Source: a virus (lineage: Duplodnaviria; Caudoviricetes). Taken from it: a stretch of 56,963 bases of DNA. The stretch spans positions 1 through 56,963 of the IMG/VR virus record IMGVR_UViG_3300030117_006614. One strand, written 5' to 3'. Shown in pieces: positions 27,894-38,454 of this stretch. The first letter of the stretch is position 1; each line of letters starts with the position of its first letter. The position numbers were made by a program, and so were the translations under genes. Under the pieces are notes generated by a model. It was given only the letters and a program-made list of their open reading frames with translations. It was not told where the DNA came from and ran no database searches.

Positions 27894-28451
27894 GTGGGCA
27901 AAAATACAAATAAAAGATGGAAAGATAAAAAAGCCGGTATCTACAGCGATAAAAAGCAAGAACGCCTAGACAAGAAAAAAGGCAAAAAGATGGCGCGCTT
28001 GAAAAAGCGTGCGGCCCGTGGAAACGTTCTGGCCTCAAACAAGCTGGAGCGTATCCGCACAAGGGAAGCCTTAGACGAGGCGCTTGAAAATCCGATGGTG
28101 TCGGATGCCGAGGTCATGCAAAACCTCGCTTCGCAAACAGCAAATCTAGGTACGATTGCAGGGCAAGGCGCATTAGCTAATGTTCTTACTGGTCCCGAAG
28201 GCCCAAGCGAAGAAGCAATCAAAGGTCAGGTTGGGGCGATGGCCGAACCGGTTGCAGCCGGAATTGCGCACTCTACCGACACGCTAAACAAACTGCAGAT
28301 GATGAAAATACAGGATCTGCAAAACCGCATAGAAAGACAGCGGGACCGTAAGGCGCAAGAAAACGTGGCCAGCGCGCAACTTGCGATGCAAGGCGCTACA
28401 AGTGCGATGGGTGCTGGAGCAGGTCTTATGAATCCCACCACCCAGGCTTAG
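27894..28451 (+). CDS. Putative internal virion/ejection protein (small)
   Basis: 185 aa, basic N-terminus, Gly/Ala/Met-rich C-terminus. First of three genes of increasing size after the tail genes. Confidence 0.6.
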   Translation: MGKNTNKRWKDKKAGIYSDKKQERLDKKKGKKMARLKKRAARGNVLASNKLERIRTREALDEALENPMVSDAEVMQNLASQTANLGTIAGQGALANVLTGPEGPSEEAIKGQVGAMAEPVAAGIAHSTDTLNKLQMMKIQDLQNRIERQRDRKAQENVASAQLAMQGATSAMGAGAGLMNPTTQA

Positions 28452-28460
28452 GAAGTAGTC

Positions 28461-30059
28461 ATGGCAGAACCGTACAAAACCATAGGCGAAACCCGCAGAG
28501 AACGGCGGGCAGAAGAAGCAAAAAAACGTATGCCTGAGTACGCTGACGACCCCTACGCTGTTGCCTTCCCCGACATTTCTGGGCAGGAAGGTTCGACTTG
28601 GGAAGAGATTTCAGATTATCGAAAAGCGTTGAGACAAGCCCGCATGGGTGCTGTTGCTGGCTTTGTTCCCAGTAGACTGCAAGGCGCCGCTCAAGGTGCT
28701 GCAGGGGTTTTTCCTACAGGAGTTTCTTGGCAAGAACAGGGCGCGGCTCGACAAGCACTTATTGATGCTCTTGCTGCTTACGAGCAATCTGAAAATGAAT
28801 TAGAATCCCAAGGTTTGCGCCACAATTACCAAACCCGTACAGCAGAGGCGAATGAGTTGGCTACCCTGGGACGCCTGCTTCAACAAGGTATTTCATCCAC
28901 AGCTTCCGCTTCTGCTCGCAACGCTGAAATTGCCTTAAACAAAGCCTTGGGGTTTATTCAAATCAACGACAAAAGGATTGCCAACAGGGGTATGCACCAC
29001 GGCGAAATCATTAAAGGTATTGACGACGAAATGGTCAATGAAATTGGACGCTTTGTGCAGCCTGTTGCGAACGATCCAAAGGGGAGGCGCGAGCATGAGA
29101 TAGATGCAGCCAAGGCCGTACCACTCTTAAAGGCTATTGAAGACGCACTAACTGGTAACCCCAAAGTAGATGCAGCTTTTATCGAAAGAGTAGAGGCACA
29201 ACATCAACTCAACCTTGGGCAGTATTTTGGGTGGCAAGTTGACGCCAACAATCAACTTGTCCGAACAGAAGGCGCAGAGGGAAGTCTTGAAGAAGCGGCT
29301 GAAGGCATACGGGCTAGTATGGAAGGCAACTTCATGGCGGCTCAACGAGCGCGGGCTGCGATGCGGCAAGAGGACGCTAAATACGAAGAGCAAATGATGA
29401 AAGCGTTTGACGGCCTAACCAAAGCCGGTGCAGGTCTTCCAGGTTTCTTGGACCCCGTGTTTGCACGATTTACAGAATTGATGGGCCGCAAAGCCATTAA
29501 ACCCAATTCGCAAACAGCGAAAGGCCCCGGCGGGACGCTGACTGTCACAGGACAACCGGGACAAGCTGTTGCACCAGAAGGCAGCACTACAGAACAAGTC
29601 CAAACACAGACTACGCAAACAGATCGCGAACCTTCTCGGGATATGCTTAAAGAGCAATTCCAGGCACAGATTGACCACATAGATAATCCCAATCCGCCTG
29701 GAAAGGTCCTCCAAGCTAAGAATGACATTATTGATTCTGCTTTGTTCCAGGCTTTCAAACAAAACAACGAATTTGAAACAGACGATGTGGCGTATCGAGC
29801 GTTTGTGGAAGAGTCTCGCGATCGAGACAGAGAAGCCAAAGCAAAAGATACAGAAAAACTGCAGCAGCGGCGAATGGAACGCGAGGGTGGAAAAGGCAAT
29901 CTCAGAACCCGCATGGCGGAAGGTTTTGCCATGCTGCGTCCGCGATACAGAAACCGACGCTTGGCGGCGGAAACTACGGCACAAACTCCCACTCAAAACG
30001 ATAGCCCCACTGAAGATCGGGCTAAAAACCAAAAACCCGAAGACGAGGCCGGTAAGTAA
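28461..30059 (+). CDS. Putative internal virion/ejection protein (medium)
   Basis: 532 aa, helical, Ala/Gln/Glu-rich; position typical of podovirus ejectosome genes. Confidence 0.6.
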   Translation: MAEPYKTIGETRRERRAEEAKKRMPEYADDPYAVAFPDISGQEGSTWEEISDYRKALRQARMGAVAGFVPSRLQGAAQGAAGVFPTGVSWQEQGAARQALIDALAAYEQSENELESQGLRHNYQTRTAEANELATLGRLLQQGISSTASASARNAEIALNKALGFIQINDKRIANRGMHHGEIIKGIDDEMVNEIGRFVQPVANDPKGRREHEIDAAKAVPLLKAIEDALTGNPKVDAAFIERVEAQHQLNLGQYFGWQVDANNQLVRTEGAEGSLEEAAEGIRASMEGNFMAAQRARAAMRQEDAKYEEQMMKAFDGLTKAGAGLPGFLDPVFARFTELMGRKAIKPNSQTAKGPGGTLTVTGQPGQAVAPEGSTTEQVQTQTTQTDREPSRDMLKEQFQAQIDHIDNPNPPGKVLQAKNDIIDSALFQAFKQNNEFETDDVAYRAFVEESRDRDREAKAKDTEKLQQRRMEREGGKGNLRTRMAEGFAMLRPRYRNRRLAAETTAQTPTQNDSPTEDRAKNQKPEDEAGK

Positions 30060-33000
30060 TGCCTATTGGGGAAGACGGAGCATGGCGCCCATATACGCAG
30101 GAGGAATTGGATAACTTTGAAGCACCAAAGGCCCCAAAAACTCCCCGGCGTACTGCACCTGCTTTAGCCCCCGAACCTATTAAGGCTCCAGAACCCATTA
30201 AGGCTCCCGAACCCGTCCAACCTTCACCAAAGTTGGACGTTCCAGATTATGTTTCAGGAGAAGACCCGACTGACGCTGAGTTGAATGAAATCGGTTTTGA
30301 CATTCAGGTAGATCCCGTAAAAGGGACCATCCCACAATACGACAAAGAAAAACTACGTGCCCTTCGGTTTAAAAAATCTGTAGAAACACCCATTTCTCCC
30401 GCAGGTGCGATGGCCTATACTGCAGCAGCGGGCACCACAGGTTTTGTTGCCGAAGACTTAGACAAGTATCGAAAAGCCCAGCAGAACATCGCGGAGGCTT
30501 TTGAAGAGTCGGATCGCAAGACCGATAGAATCTACCAAAAAGCCCGCGAAAAGGGTTTCTCTTCTCTTTCGGAAGATGAACTTACTTGGATAGAAACGAA
30601 GTGGTCACCCGAAGAGATTTTTGGTCTTCACGCCATGACAGCAGACCACGGTTATGAAGTCTCTGAAAGGATGGCGAAAGACCTAGCCGCTGGTATCACT
30701 GGCAAGCTTCCGCTTTTTATGCCTACGCCTGGTTTGGGGTTGGGCCTTACCGCCGCTAGAATGTTTTTATCTCGGGAAAGCGATCAGCCACCTGAAGAGC
30801 GCCCTGAGTTTACTCCCGAGCAAATTAACGACATTCTGGGCAAGACGAACAGCGTTTTAGCCCAACGAGCCCAAGCACGTCGGATTGTAGAAGAGAGAGA
30901 AGCGCAAAACCAGAAAAAACAATCCGCAGATGGTTGGAATCGTGCAGTCAAAGAAAAACCCGAGTTTCTAAAAAGTCCCATTAGGGATATGTTTGTCGAA
31001 GACTATATAGATGGCCGAGGCCACATAGATATTGAAAAAGCGAAAGAAGAATTAACGCGCCTGTATCAGCACGATATTCTCGAAGAAGAGGGTAAAACTT
31101 TCTTTGCAAGAGATTTGACCGTTGGAGCGAAGAATGCCGCTTACCAAGTAGCACACGAAAAAGCTAAAGAAGATATTGCCGTAGTCCTCAATGCTGGTCG
31201 AGGCAGTATTGCGTGGACTGACCCTGACCCCAAAAGAACCACTGAAGCTGTAATGGCTACGCACGAAAAGTGGCAAGACTTCTGGGAAACAGAAGAAACT
31301 ATTAAGATTGACCAGCTTCGGGAAGCGTATAAAAACGATCCGCTCAGTCTTTTCACCATAGTTCCAGCATTCATTGGAACCCCCCAAAAAGCAGCCGAAT
31401 ACGTTGTACGAAAAGGGCTTGCGGATAACCCTTTTGTGTTGCCCCTGCTCACAGCAACTACGCCCACAATGGCGATTGATGTGACACCCACTCACCGACA
31501 ATTCGTTGCCCGAACGATCATGGATTCTATCAATGGTTGGATGCTGCCCACTTGGATTGGGGCAACGCTACAAACCTATAGCGACTCAATAAAGGCCGAA
31601 GGCGTACCGGAAGACGGTATCGGAGAAGCGGTCTTCAAGGCACTGAATCGCGATATTATCGCAAAACAATCGGGCTCTGAAATTGTTGCTGACGTTAGTA
31701 CCGCTTTGGCTGGTGGAAACGAAGACGAAGCTGGTTTCGGGCTGATGAAGCTTATTATCGGCAACAACCCAGATGTGGCTGCAGCCACCGAAACTGCAGA
31801 GTCTTTGTGGGAAATTACGAAAGGCGGATACAACACTGCGGCTAACATACTTGCAACCTGGGCAGGAACAACTGGCGACGACGTAAAGACTAAACGGATG
31901 ATCCAGAATCTCCGCAACGGAAACATGCTTTTCCAGGTACAAGCAGAGATCGCAAACGACTTTGCAGATGCGATGGACATGGAAGGGTGGCAGCGCAACA
32001 CTTTGATCCGCGCTGCGATGTTCTCTGGCTTGACGGCTGAGTTTGCACCCGGTTTAGGCGCTGATCCCCTAACAGGCACAATAGCTACAATGGGCCAAGG
32101 CATAGGTGTATATCGAGCAGCCAAAGCTTCCATGAATAGTCAGGCAAAAGTCCTACGAAAACTAGAACGTAGTGACGTGAGTGCTTCCGAAAAAATTCAA
32201 ATAATGGAGTCCAAAGATTCCCCACTAGACCCAGAAGTCACCCGTATGGTGAAAGAAAACCTCCACATAGAATCGGGATACCGGGGGTATATTTCAGAGT
32301 ACATTAGCAGGACTGAGTGGAAACTGGAACAGGCTGCAGAAAAAGCGCGTATTGCTGCTCGCGCTGCCGGTATAGAGGAAAGCCCTGCAGTTTTACAGGG
32401 CAGTAAGTTTACAGACGAGGCCTACAAAGAAGAATATATTGAGAAAACAATATCCCAAAGTTTTCAAGAGGCCAGCGTAACGGCTGAACGTGCTGGTAGG
32501 GCAGACGTCACCAAAGTCTTTAAGATTGAGAATATGGAAGACACCATCAACCAGTTTGAAGCTGCTGGTGAAGTCTTTCCCCCAGGTTTTCGGGGATGGG
32601 AAACTTGGAAACAAGAACACTATCTTAGGAATCTCAATCGCGAAGCCTTAGAGAAGCCTATACGAGAACGCCTCGAAGCCACGATCCGAGAAGACATAGC
32701 AGCAATCGGATCGCGAATCGGGGAAACGACTGTTGATGGTGATGTTTACAAGCTAACTAACTCTGATGGCAGTTTCGGTCTATACATGCGGATAGACAAC
32801 AACCAGTGGGTACGAGTAGACGAAGCTGACATTCCGGCCTTACGAGAAACAGTTTTAATCGGAGAAACGACGCGCACTCCACTGCGTCCTATCGAACGGA
32901 AGTCTGCAATAACGGGTGCGTGGGAGCAACGGGCCCGACAAGCTGATGAATACCCGTGGTCAGATGCGGAACGTAAAAAGGATGAAGCGCTGGCGCGTGT

Positions 33001-36000
33001 TGCTGAGTTGGAGCGTAAACAAAAAAAGTGGCGTGGAAACCTACAACAACCTGGAATGCTTGACGAACTAAAAGCAATCCAGACGGAGTTGGCACAAGCC
33101 AAAGTAAACGCCAAAAACCTCCAGGCAGAAGAAACCGCGCTGCGTAAGACTTTCCCTGATCACACGGCGCCCACTGCACCGCTGTCAGATGATCTTGCGC
33201 AAAACATAGCTAATGGCGCTGCACTTAAAAACGATGAAATGGTTGGTGCAACCGCACACTCTGTCCGAAAGCCTGTATTCGCTATGGGCAAAGACTCTCC
33301 AGAGGCTGCCCAATACCATACAGCACGGCTGGAAGAAGCCCGTGCAGCGGCTAACCGTGCAGAAGTCGAAAAATTTAATGCTCAAAAGACTCTTGAAGAG
33401 TGGGAAAGGAGCGAAGGTGCTTTCTTAACTGAGGTACAAGTTTCGCGTGAGGTTCTGAAAAAAGCCAAGAAAAAGCTTCGAAAATTAGAAGCTAAAGCTG
33501 CAAAACAGTACGAACAAGACAAACCTTTTCTTGAAGACAAGGCGCGCCGTAAGGACAATCTAGACAAAGCAGAAGCAGAAATTGTACGCAGAAAAGACGC
33601 TTACGATGCCGACCCTACGCCCGCTAATCACAAAGCAATCAAAGATGCCAAGAAGAAAGCAAAAGAAGCTAAGAAACTCTATGATGCTGATGAATTAGAA
33701 ACCCTAGAAAGGGCAGTCCGCGCCAACGAGATTTTTACCAAATTGTCCCGCATTGGCGCTGAAGTCCAAGCGCACAAGGCAAGGCTATATGGCGTACAGG
33801 AAAGCATTCAAGACCACCTCGTATCTGCAGAGCGTGCCCCAGGGTTGCTTGACGAAGCTTGGGGCGGGAAGAAGATTGAAAAAGAACTTACAGAAATTCG
33901 GGCAGAATTAGAGCGGAAAGCTAAAGCGGCCTCGAAGAAAGCCAAAGAAGCAGAAAAAGAACACCAGACTGCAGCTAAACTTGCGCGAGGGGTTCCCGAA
34001 AGAATTGGGGACATGCAGGTAGCTGTCAAAGAAAAACTAAAAGAGTTGTCGTTCCAAGATGACCTAAACAAACTCAATAAAGTTTTAGGCAAACTGGCTG
34101 ATGACATTGAAATAGGTACGAGAGCGTTACGGGGGATTCCAGATGCTACCGCTCACTTTAATAAAATCCTACAAACTACAACCCGTTTAATTGAGGGACA
34201 ACCTATAGACGAGGTGGTGGCGGGTACGGTAGCTAGTCGCGAAGTAAACGCCGTTAAGATGGTCGAAGAGTTGGAAAAACTTTTTAAGCCTCGCGTTGTT
34301 CGAAAAACAGCCGAGCGGGGTGGTGAGAGTGGGAGAGTCCTTGAGCGAATCTTAGAAGCCGCAAACAACGGTAACGAGAAGATGGAGTTGACCCTTAATC
34401 AATCCATGCACTTACAGCGGTTGTTGCCATTACTCACAGATACCTACAAACAATCCCAAAAAAATGCACGATCTATGAATGTCGTGGAGGCGCTACGGCT
34501 TGCACGCACAGACCCAGATTTGCAGATAACCTCTTTCCGGTCTTTTATTGAAAGAAAACTGCAGCCTACTCTTCGAGATTTTACGGACCCAGTGCGAGCA
34601 GAGATTGGGGATACTACAGAGGCAGTGCTGCAGGTCGTTAAGAGTGTTGACCACCTCCAAGATCACCTCAAAGATGAGTTGTTCGCAATCGCAAAGTACA
34701 TTCAAAAGATGACCGAAGGAATGGGCTCTTCGGCACGGGCACGCGAAACACAGAAAATGTTGCTTAAATACTTAGAGGGCACAGAAGGCTTACCAGTATT
34801 TAGGACACGGACGACCTACTTGAACATGGGCGAATTGTCTATTTTCGACCGGGCCATCCAACAAGTCCTGAATGATCCCCGAGCCCTTGGAATGAAGCGC
34901 CTGAAGAAAATGGCGAAAGCAGAGCAGGCAAGGCTCAAAAAAGAGATCAAAGCCCAGATACGGCGCGGAGAAGTCCCGAAAGGAACCAAGCCCCCATCTA
35001 TCCGTGAGTTGCTTGAACAACGTTGGGGCAAGAGTGTCCACGAAATCGGGAAAGTGGGAACCTCTCCCGTCGTCCTCGCACTTTCTCGGGCTTTTGTCGC
35101 AGACGGGCCGTGGAAAAAGATTGATGCTCAGATGGAGTTTAACCTATACCAAGCCACGCTCGATGCGATGAAAAAGAATAAAAACAACCTGGGCGCGTTG
35201 GTAGAAGACCTCAAAGGTGTCGCAACAAAGAACGGCCTTGAGTTGACGGCAAACACTACTGAAGCTTTGCAGCGTGTGGCCAACGCCTTGGGTCATGGTG
35301 CAATTGAATACCGATTCAATCGTGCGTTTACTCGCGCTATTAGCGGCAAGATTACCCCAGAGCAGGCTTCTGATATTTGGCGTCTTTTCGGGCACAGATC
35401 CGAAGAGATTATTAACTACGAAAACGCTTTGGAAGGCTTGAACCGTATCGGCATTCCCTTCACCGCACGCACAGTAAAAACAGCGGGGGCAGCTTCTGAG
35501 AAGCAATTGAGCCTGATTGCTACGGGTACGAGTGAAGCGGGCGACGTCTTTTTCACTCCCCAGGTTATCGCTCAACGACTCGAAGCTACCATGCCGAATG
35601 TCATTAAGAGCACGGCGGAACGGTTTGCACAAGCTCGGGGCGATTTTGGGGGCTTCGCTGCCCAAAGTTTCTACGATTACAATTCTCTGTGGAAAACTTC
35701 TGTAGTTACAGGGATTTTCCACCCACAAGGAAGATACTGGTACAACAACTTTGTCGGTGACTTGTCTCAGGTGTGGTTTGAAGAGGGCCTATCCCAAGCC
35801 CTTAAAATGAACGCAAACCTGATCCACACCATCAGCCTTAATACATTGGCTGGAACATACCGCGTTGTAGAAGGCACGGCGCAAGCTGCTGCAAGGGCGA
35901 GGATTCCTGGGACGACTTTCAGTTTCTTTCCAGAAGCAATCGGTGAAGGTTTAGCCCGCATACGAAAACACCATGTTGCCAAGTATGGTGAAGACGGTGC

Positions 36001-37588
36001 TTTGGGCAGCGTGTGGAACGCTATACTGAACCCGGTAGCCAACAGGGTATGGCGAGGCGAAAACGGCGTTTTGCGTAGCCAATACGGTACAGAATGGTCT
36101 TATGGTGAAGTCCGCAAAATGATGCAGGATGAAGGTGTCTTGGACACAATGGTTCACCAGGAGTTGATGGAAAGTTACTACCGAGTTGCTCCCCCAGAGT
36201 TTCAGGCGATGGGTATCGGTAAAGTTGCGGGAGCAGCCAGGGGTGTTCGTGAAGGAATCACCGATTTTGCTTCGTTTGTGCAGCAGCGGCAACGGGGAAA
36301 CCTGTTCATGGACCTACTACGCAAGGGCTACTCACCAAAAGAAGCGGGCGAGAAGGTTCGAAATGCTTTGTACGACTGGAAGCACGGTATATCGAAGTTT
36401 GAGGTTGCATGGATTAGTAAAGCTTCCCCCTTCTGGCGTTTCTTTCGGCTAGCCGGAAGACAGGTTGCACGTAAAACACTAGACCCATTGATTCGGCCTG
36501 ACAAGGCGATGGTGGATGCCTTCATGGGCAGGTCAGGTTTTTCCCGAATTCAACAACAGTGGGCAGTAAATAACGGTTGGGGAGAATTCTGGAATCCGAG
36601 TGGGTATCACGAATATCAAAATGAGTTGGAACAGTGGGATGCTATGGCGCAATACCTCCGACCATCTTGGGCCAGAACCCGCGCTGTGACGTCCATTCGC
36701 AGAAACAGTGAAGAAGAAATGGCGCGAATGAGGTATTTTCGCCAGGGTGTTCAAGAATACAGCATGTTGGCTATGCCCCCACAAACAGTCTTAGATTTAA
36801 CTGAAATCATGGGCTCGGTAATGTCTTTCATGTTTATGTCATTGTACCCAGACGACTACTTACCCTGGGGCGCAAAAATGGCTGCAGATGCAGAATCCCG
36901 AATATACAAACCTACATTAGATATTCTGTTTCCGTATATATCAGACCCAATCCAAGCCCAACTCAAGGCGTTAGGCGCGGATACCGGTGGCTTCCTCTCT
37001 ACGTCCAAGCGGGCTCGAATTTCCGGCGGGGAAGAACTGATGTTGAATGGGGTTGCGGGTGTAGGTACTTATGGCGGAACAGCTTTAGGCGCTTTCGGTG
37101 GAACAATGTTGGGCTTCGGACGAGCACGCGGCGGTACCAGACAACGGATGATTCAGGTGGGTACAACAGCTCTTTTGGGCGGTTTTGCTGGTGGCAGTTT
37201 TGCAGGCGCAATCGAGGGTGAGATTGAGCCCCATGCAGAACATGGGTATCCAACAGCACCCACTTGGGCAGTCATTCCGTACCGGCTACTTCCATTTATA
37301 GGTACAGAAGCACCTAGCTTTTTTGACGATGCGTTTTTCAAGAATACTTCAGCACAAAAAGCCTGGAGAGCAGATAAAACATCTTTCGGACCACTGTTTG
37401 CTGCTTTTGCGGAATTCGCAGGCAGAAACACTGCACTGTATAAACCGCACCCATTCAACCCGAGCGATAGTGTTAGGTGGAGTTCAGAAGATAGGATGAA
37501 GAGGATTCAAGAATTGAGAAAGAAAGCTGAACCTGATCCAGAACAGCCAGAAATGTTTTACCAGAGAGCACCAGACAGCCGTAGGTAG
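30059..37588 (+). CDS. Giant internal virion/ejection protein (2509 aa)
   Basis: APEPIK repeats, long central coiled coil, YNSLWK...RYWYNNFVGD and SPFWRF segments typical of large podovirus ejection proteins, Gly-rich hydrophobic segments near the C-terminus. Confidence 0.7.
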   Translation: MPIGEDGAWRPYTQEELDNFEAPKAPKTPRRTAPALAPEPIKAPEPIKAPEPVQPSPKLDVPDYVSGEDPTDAELNEIGFDIQVDPVKGTIPQYDKEKLRALRFKKSVETPISPAGAMAYTAAAGTTGFVAEDLDKYRKAQQNIAEAFEESDRKTDRIYQKAREKGFSSLSEDELTWIETKWSPEEIFGLHAMTADHGYEVSERMAKDLAAGITGKLPLFMPTPGLGLGLTAARMFLSRESDQPPEERPEFTPEQINDILGKTNSVLAQRAQARRIVEEREAQNQKKQSADGWNRAVKEKPEFLKSPIRDMFVEDYIDGRGHIDIEKAKEELTRLYQHDILEEEGKTFFARDLTVGAKNAAYQVAHEKAKEDIAVVLNAGRGSIAWTDPDPKRTTEAVMATHEKWQDFWETEETIKIDQLREAYKNDPLSLFTIVPAFIGTPQKAAEYVVRKGLADNPFVLPLLTATTPTMAIDVTPTHRQFVARTIMDSINGWMLPTWIGATLQTYSDSIKAEGVPEDGIGEAVFKALNRDIIAKQSGSEIVADVSTALAGGNEDEAGFGLMKLIIGNNPDVAAATETAESLWEITKGGYNTAANILATWAGTTGDDVKTKRMIQNLRNGNMLFQVQAEIANDFADAMDMEGWQRNTLIRAAMFSGLTAEFAPGLGADPLTGTIATMGQGIGVYRAAKASMNSQAKVLRKLERSDVSASEKIQIMESKDSPLDPEVTRMVKENLHIESGYRGYISEYISRTEWKLEQAAEKARIAARAAGIEESPAVLQGSKFTDEAYKEEYIEKTISQSFQEASVTAERAGRADVTKVFKIENMEDTINQFEAAGEVFPPGFRGWETWKQEHYLRNLNREALEKPIRERLEATIREDIAAIGSRIGETTVDGDVYKLTNSDGSFGLYMRIDNNQWVRVDEADIPALRETVLIGETTRTPLRPIERKSAITGAWEQRARQADEYPWSDAERKKDEALARVAELERKQKKWRGNLQQPGMLDELKAIQTELAQAKVNAKNLQAEETALRKTFPDHTAPTAPLSDDLAQNIANGAALKNDEMVGATAHSVRKPVFAMGKDSPEAAQYHTARLEEARAAANRAEVEKFNAQKTLEEWERSEGAFLTEVQVSREVLKKAKKKLRKLEAKAAKQYEQDKPFLEDKARRKDNLDKAEAEIVRRKDAYDADPTPANHKAIKDAKKKAKEAKKLYDADELETLERAVRANEIFTKLSRIGAEVQAHKARLYGVQESIQDHLVSAERAPGLLDEAWGGKKIEKELTEIRAELERKAKAASKKAKEAEKEHQTAAKLARGVPERIGDMQVAVKEKLKELSFQDDLNKLNKVLGKLADDIEIGTRALRGIPDATAHFNKILQTTTRLIEGQPIDEVVAGTVASREVNAVKMVEELEKLFKPRVVRKTAERGGESGRVLERILEAANNGNEKMELTLNQSMHLQRLLPLLTDTYKQSQKNARSMNVVEALRLARTDPDLQITSFRSFIERKLQPTLRDFTDPVRAEIGDTTEAVLQVVKSVDHLQDHLKDELFAIAKYIQKMTEGMGSSARARETQKMLLKYLEGTEGLPVFRTRTTYLNMGELSIFDRAIQQVLNDPRALGMKRLKKMAKAEQARLKKEIKAQIRRGEVPKGTKPPSIRELLEQRWGKSVHEIGKVGTSPVVLALSRAFVADGPWKKIDAQMEFNLYQATLDAMKKNKNNLGALVEDLKGVATKNGLELTANTTEALQRVANALGHGAIEYRFNRAFTRAISGKITPEQASDIWRLFGHRSEEIINYENALEGLNRIGIPFTARTVKTAGAASEKQLSLIATGTSEAGDVFFTPQVIAQRLEATMPNVIKSTAERFAQARGDFGGFAAQSFYDYNSLWKTSVVTGIFHPQGRYWYNNFVGDLSQVWFEEGLSQALKMNANLIHTISLNTLAGTYRVVEGTAQAAARARIPGTTFSFFPEAIGEGLARIRKHHVAKYGEDGALGSVWNAILNPVANRVWRGENGVLRSQYGTEWSYGEVRKMMQDEGVLDTMVHQELMESYYRVAPPEFQAMGIGKVAGAARGVREGITDFASFVQQRQRGNLFMDLLRKGYSPKEAGEKVRNALYDWKHGISKFEVAWISKASPFWRFFRLAGRQVARKTLDPLIRPDKAMVDAFMGRSGFSRIQQQWAVNNGWGEFWNPSGYHEYQNELEQWDAMAQYLRPSWARTRAVTSIRRNSEEEMARMRYFRQGVQEYSMLAMPPQTVLDLTEIMGSVMSFMFMSLYPDDYLPWGAKMAADAESRIYKPTLDILFPYISDPIQAQLKALGADTGGFLSTSKRARISGGEELMLNGVAGVGTYGGTALGAFGGTMLGFGRARGGTRQRMIQVGTTALLGGFAGGSFAGAIEGEIEPHAEHGYPTAPTWAVIPYRLLPFIGTEAPSFFDDAFFKNTSAQKAWRADKTSFGPLFAAFAEFAGRNTALYKPHPFNPSDSVRWSSEDRMKRIQELRKKAEPDPEQPEMFYQRAPDSRR

Positions 37589-37590
37589 GC

Positions 37591-37620
37591 TTGACAAAAA
37601 CACCTAAAAAACAGTATCTT
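37591..37620 (+). promoter_or_regulatory. Sigma70-like promoter
   Basis: TTGACA-18 nt-TATCTT right after the giant ORF stop. Confidence 0.6.
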
Positions 37621-37638
37621 TTGTTACCGGAGAAATAA

Positions 37639-38052
37639 ATGTCTAAAGTAAAAGCGCGTAGCGTAGGCCCACAATATATCTCAGATTCTCTGGGTTCCAT
37701 TTGGGCTACGCCAAAAACAAAAATCCTAAGCGGTTCGATAGTCGCGGTTACGGGCACTACTTCAAATACTTTCCTAATTGAAAGTGCATCAAACCAAAGT
37801 ATTCGACGCAGTTCAGGGTTAATGTATGTGCTGAAACACACGGCTATGGGTGGACAAAGGATTGTCGCCTCCACGACGCTCATTCTGCCTTATATGGGAG
37901 AAAAGAAAGTAAAAGATGGCGATGCTATCTGGCTTGGGCGTGACGGTGTTTGGACTCTGAACAAACCCAAAACAAGGCCAATTCAAGTTGGCCGAATTCT
38001 CGGATCGGGCGATTCTGCCCAAGTGCTTTTGGCTCCCCAAGGACGGTATTAG
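37639..38052 (+). CDS. Structural protein, beta-clip/decoration-like
   Basis: 137 aa, GDAIWLGRDG...PIQVGRIL pattern, GGAG RBS. Confidence 0.55.
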   Translation: MSKVKARSVGPQYISDSLGSIWATPKTKILSGSIVAVTGTTSNTFLIESASNQSIRRSSGLMYVLKHTAMGGQRIVASTTLILPYMGEKKVKDGDAIWLGRDGVWTLNKPKTRPIQVGRILGSGDSAQVLLAPQGRY

Positions 38053-38060
38053 GAAATACA

Positions 38061-38438
38061 ATGGCTAAGAACAGGAAATATGTCAAGGTTGAAGGCACTC
38101 TAACCAATGTGGGTACGTCCGAAGAGGTGGCACTGCAGTTGCCCTACCTTGAGGGTTCGCCCGGTGGAGCAATTTTCCTCCTGCGTTCCTTCTACTTTGT
38201 AAAAACAGGTGGAAGTGCTGGTACTTTTGGACCAAAACTAGGGGAATCAGCAGCGTTTACATCTGGTGGGATAGATGAGCGCCTATCGTATTCGCCCTCT
38301 GGGAATGATATTGCAGACGTCTTTTCGGCTGATATTCCAGTCAAAACGGACAGTACTGGAAAGTTGTACTTCCGACCGGTCTTCAATAGTGGGGCGGATA
38401 ATGACGCCAATTATGCCTTTTTCTTTGAAACACTATAG
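38061..38438 (+). CDS. Small beta-rich structural protein
   Basis: 125 aa from ATG 38061 (TAGGAAATACAATG). Confidence 0.65.
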   Translation: MAKNRKYVKVEGTLTNVGTSEEVALQLPYLEGSPGGAIFLLRSFYFVKTGGSAGTFGPKLGESAAFTSGGIDERLSYSPSGNDIADVFSADIPVKTDSTGKLYFRPVFNSGADNDANYAFFFETL

Positions 38439-38454
38439 TCTTGGGTAAGTAACA

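Noticed and set aside
30059-37588. Virion RNA polymerase (N4-like or crAss-like) in the giant ORF
   Set aside because: I found no DxDGD/DFDID motif and no T7-type motif set by eye. Sigma70-like promoters suggest host RNAP is used.
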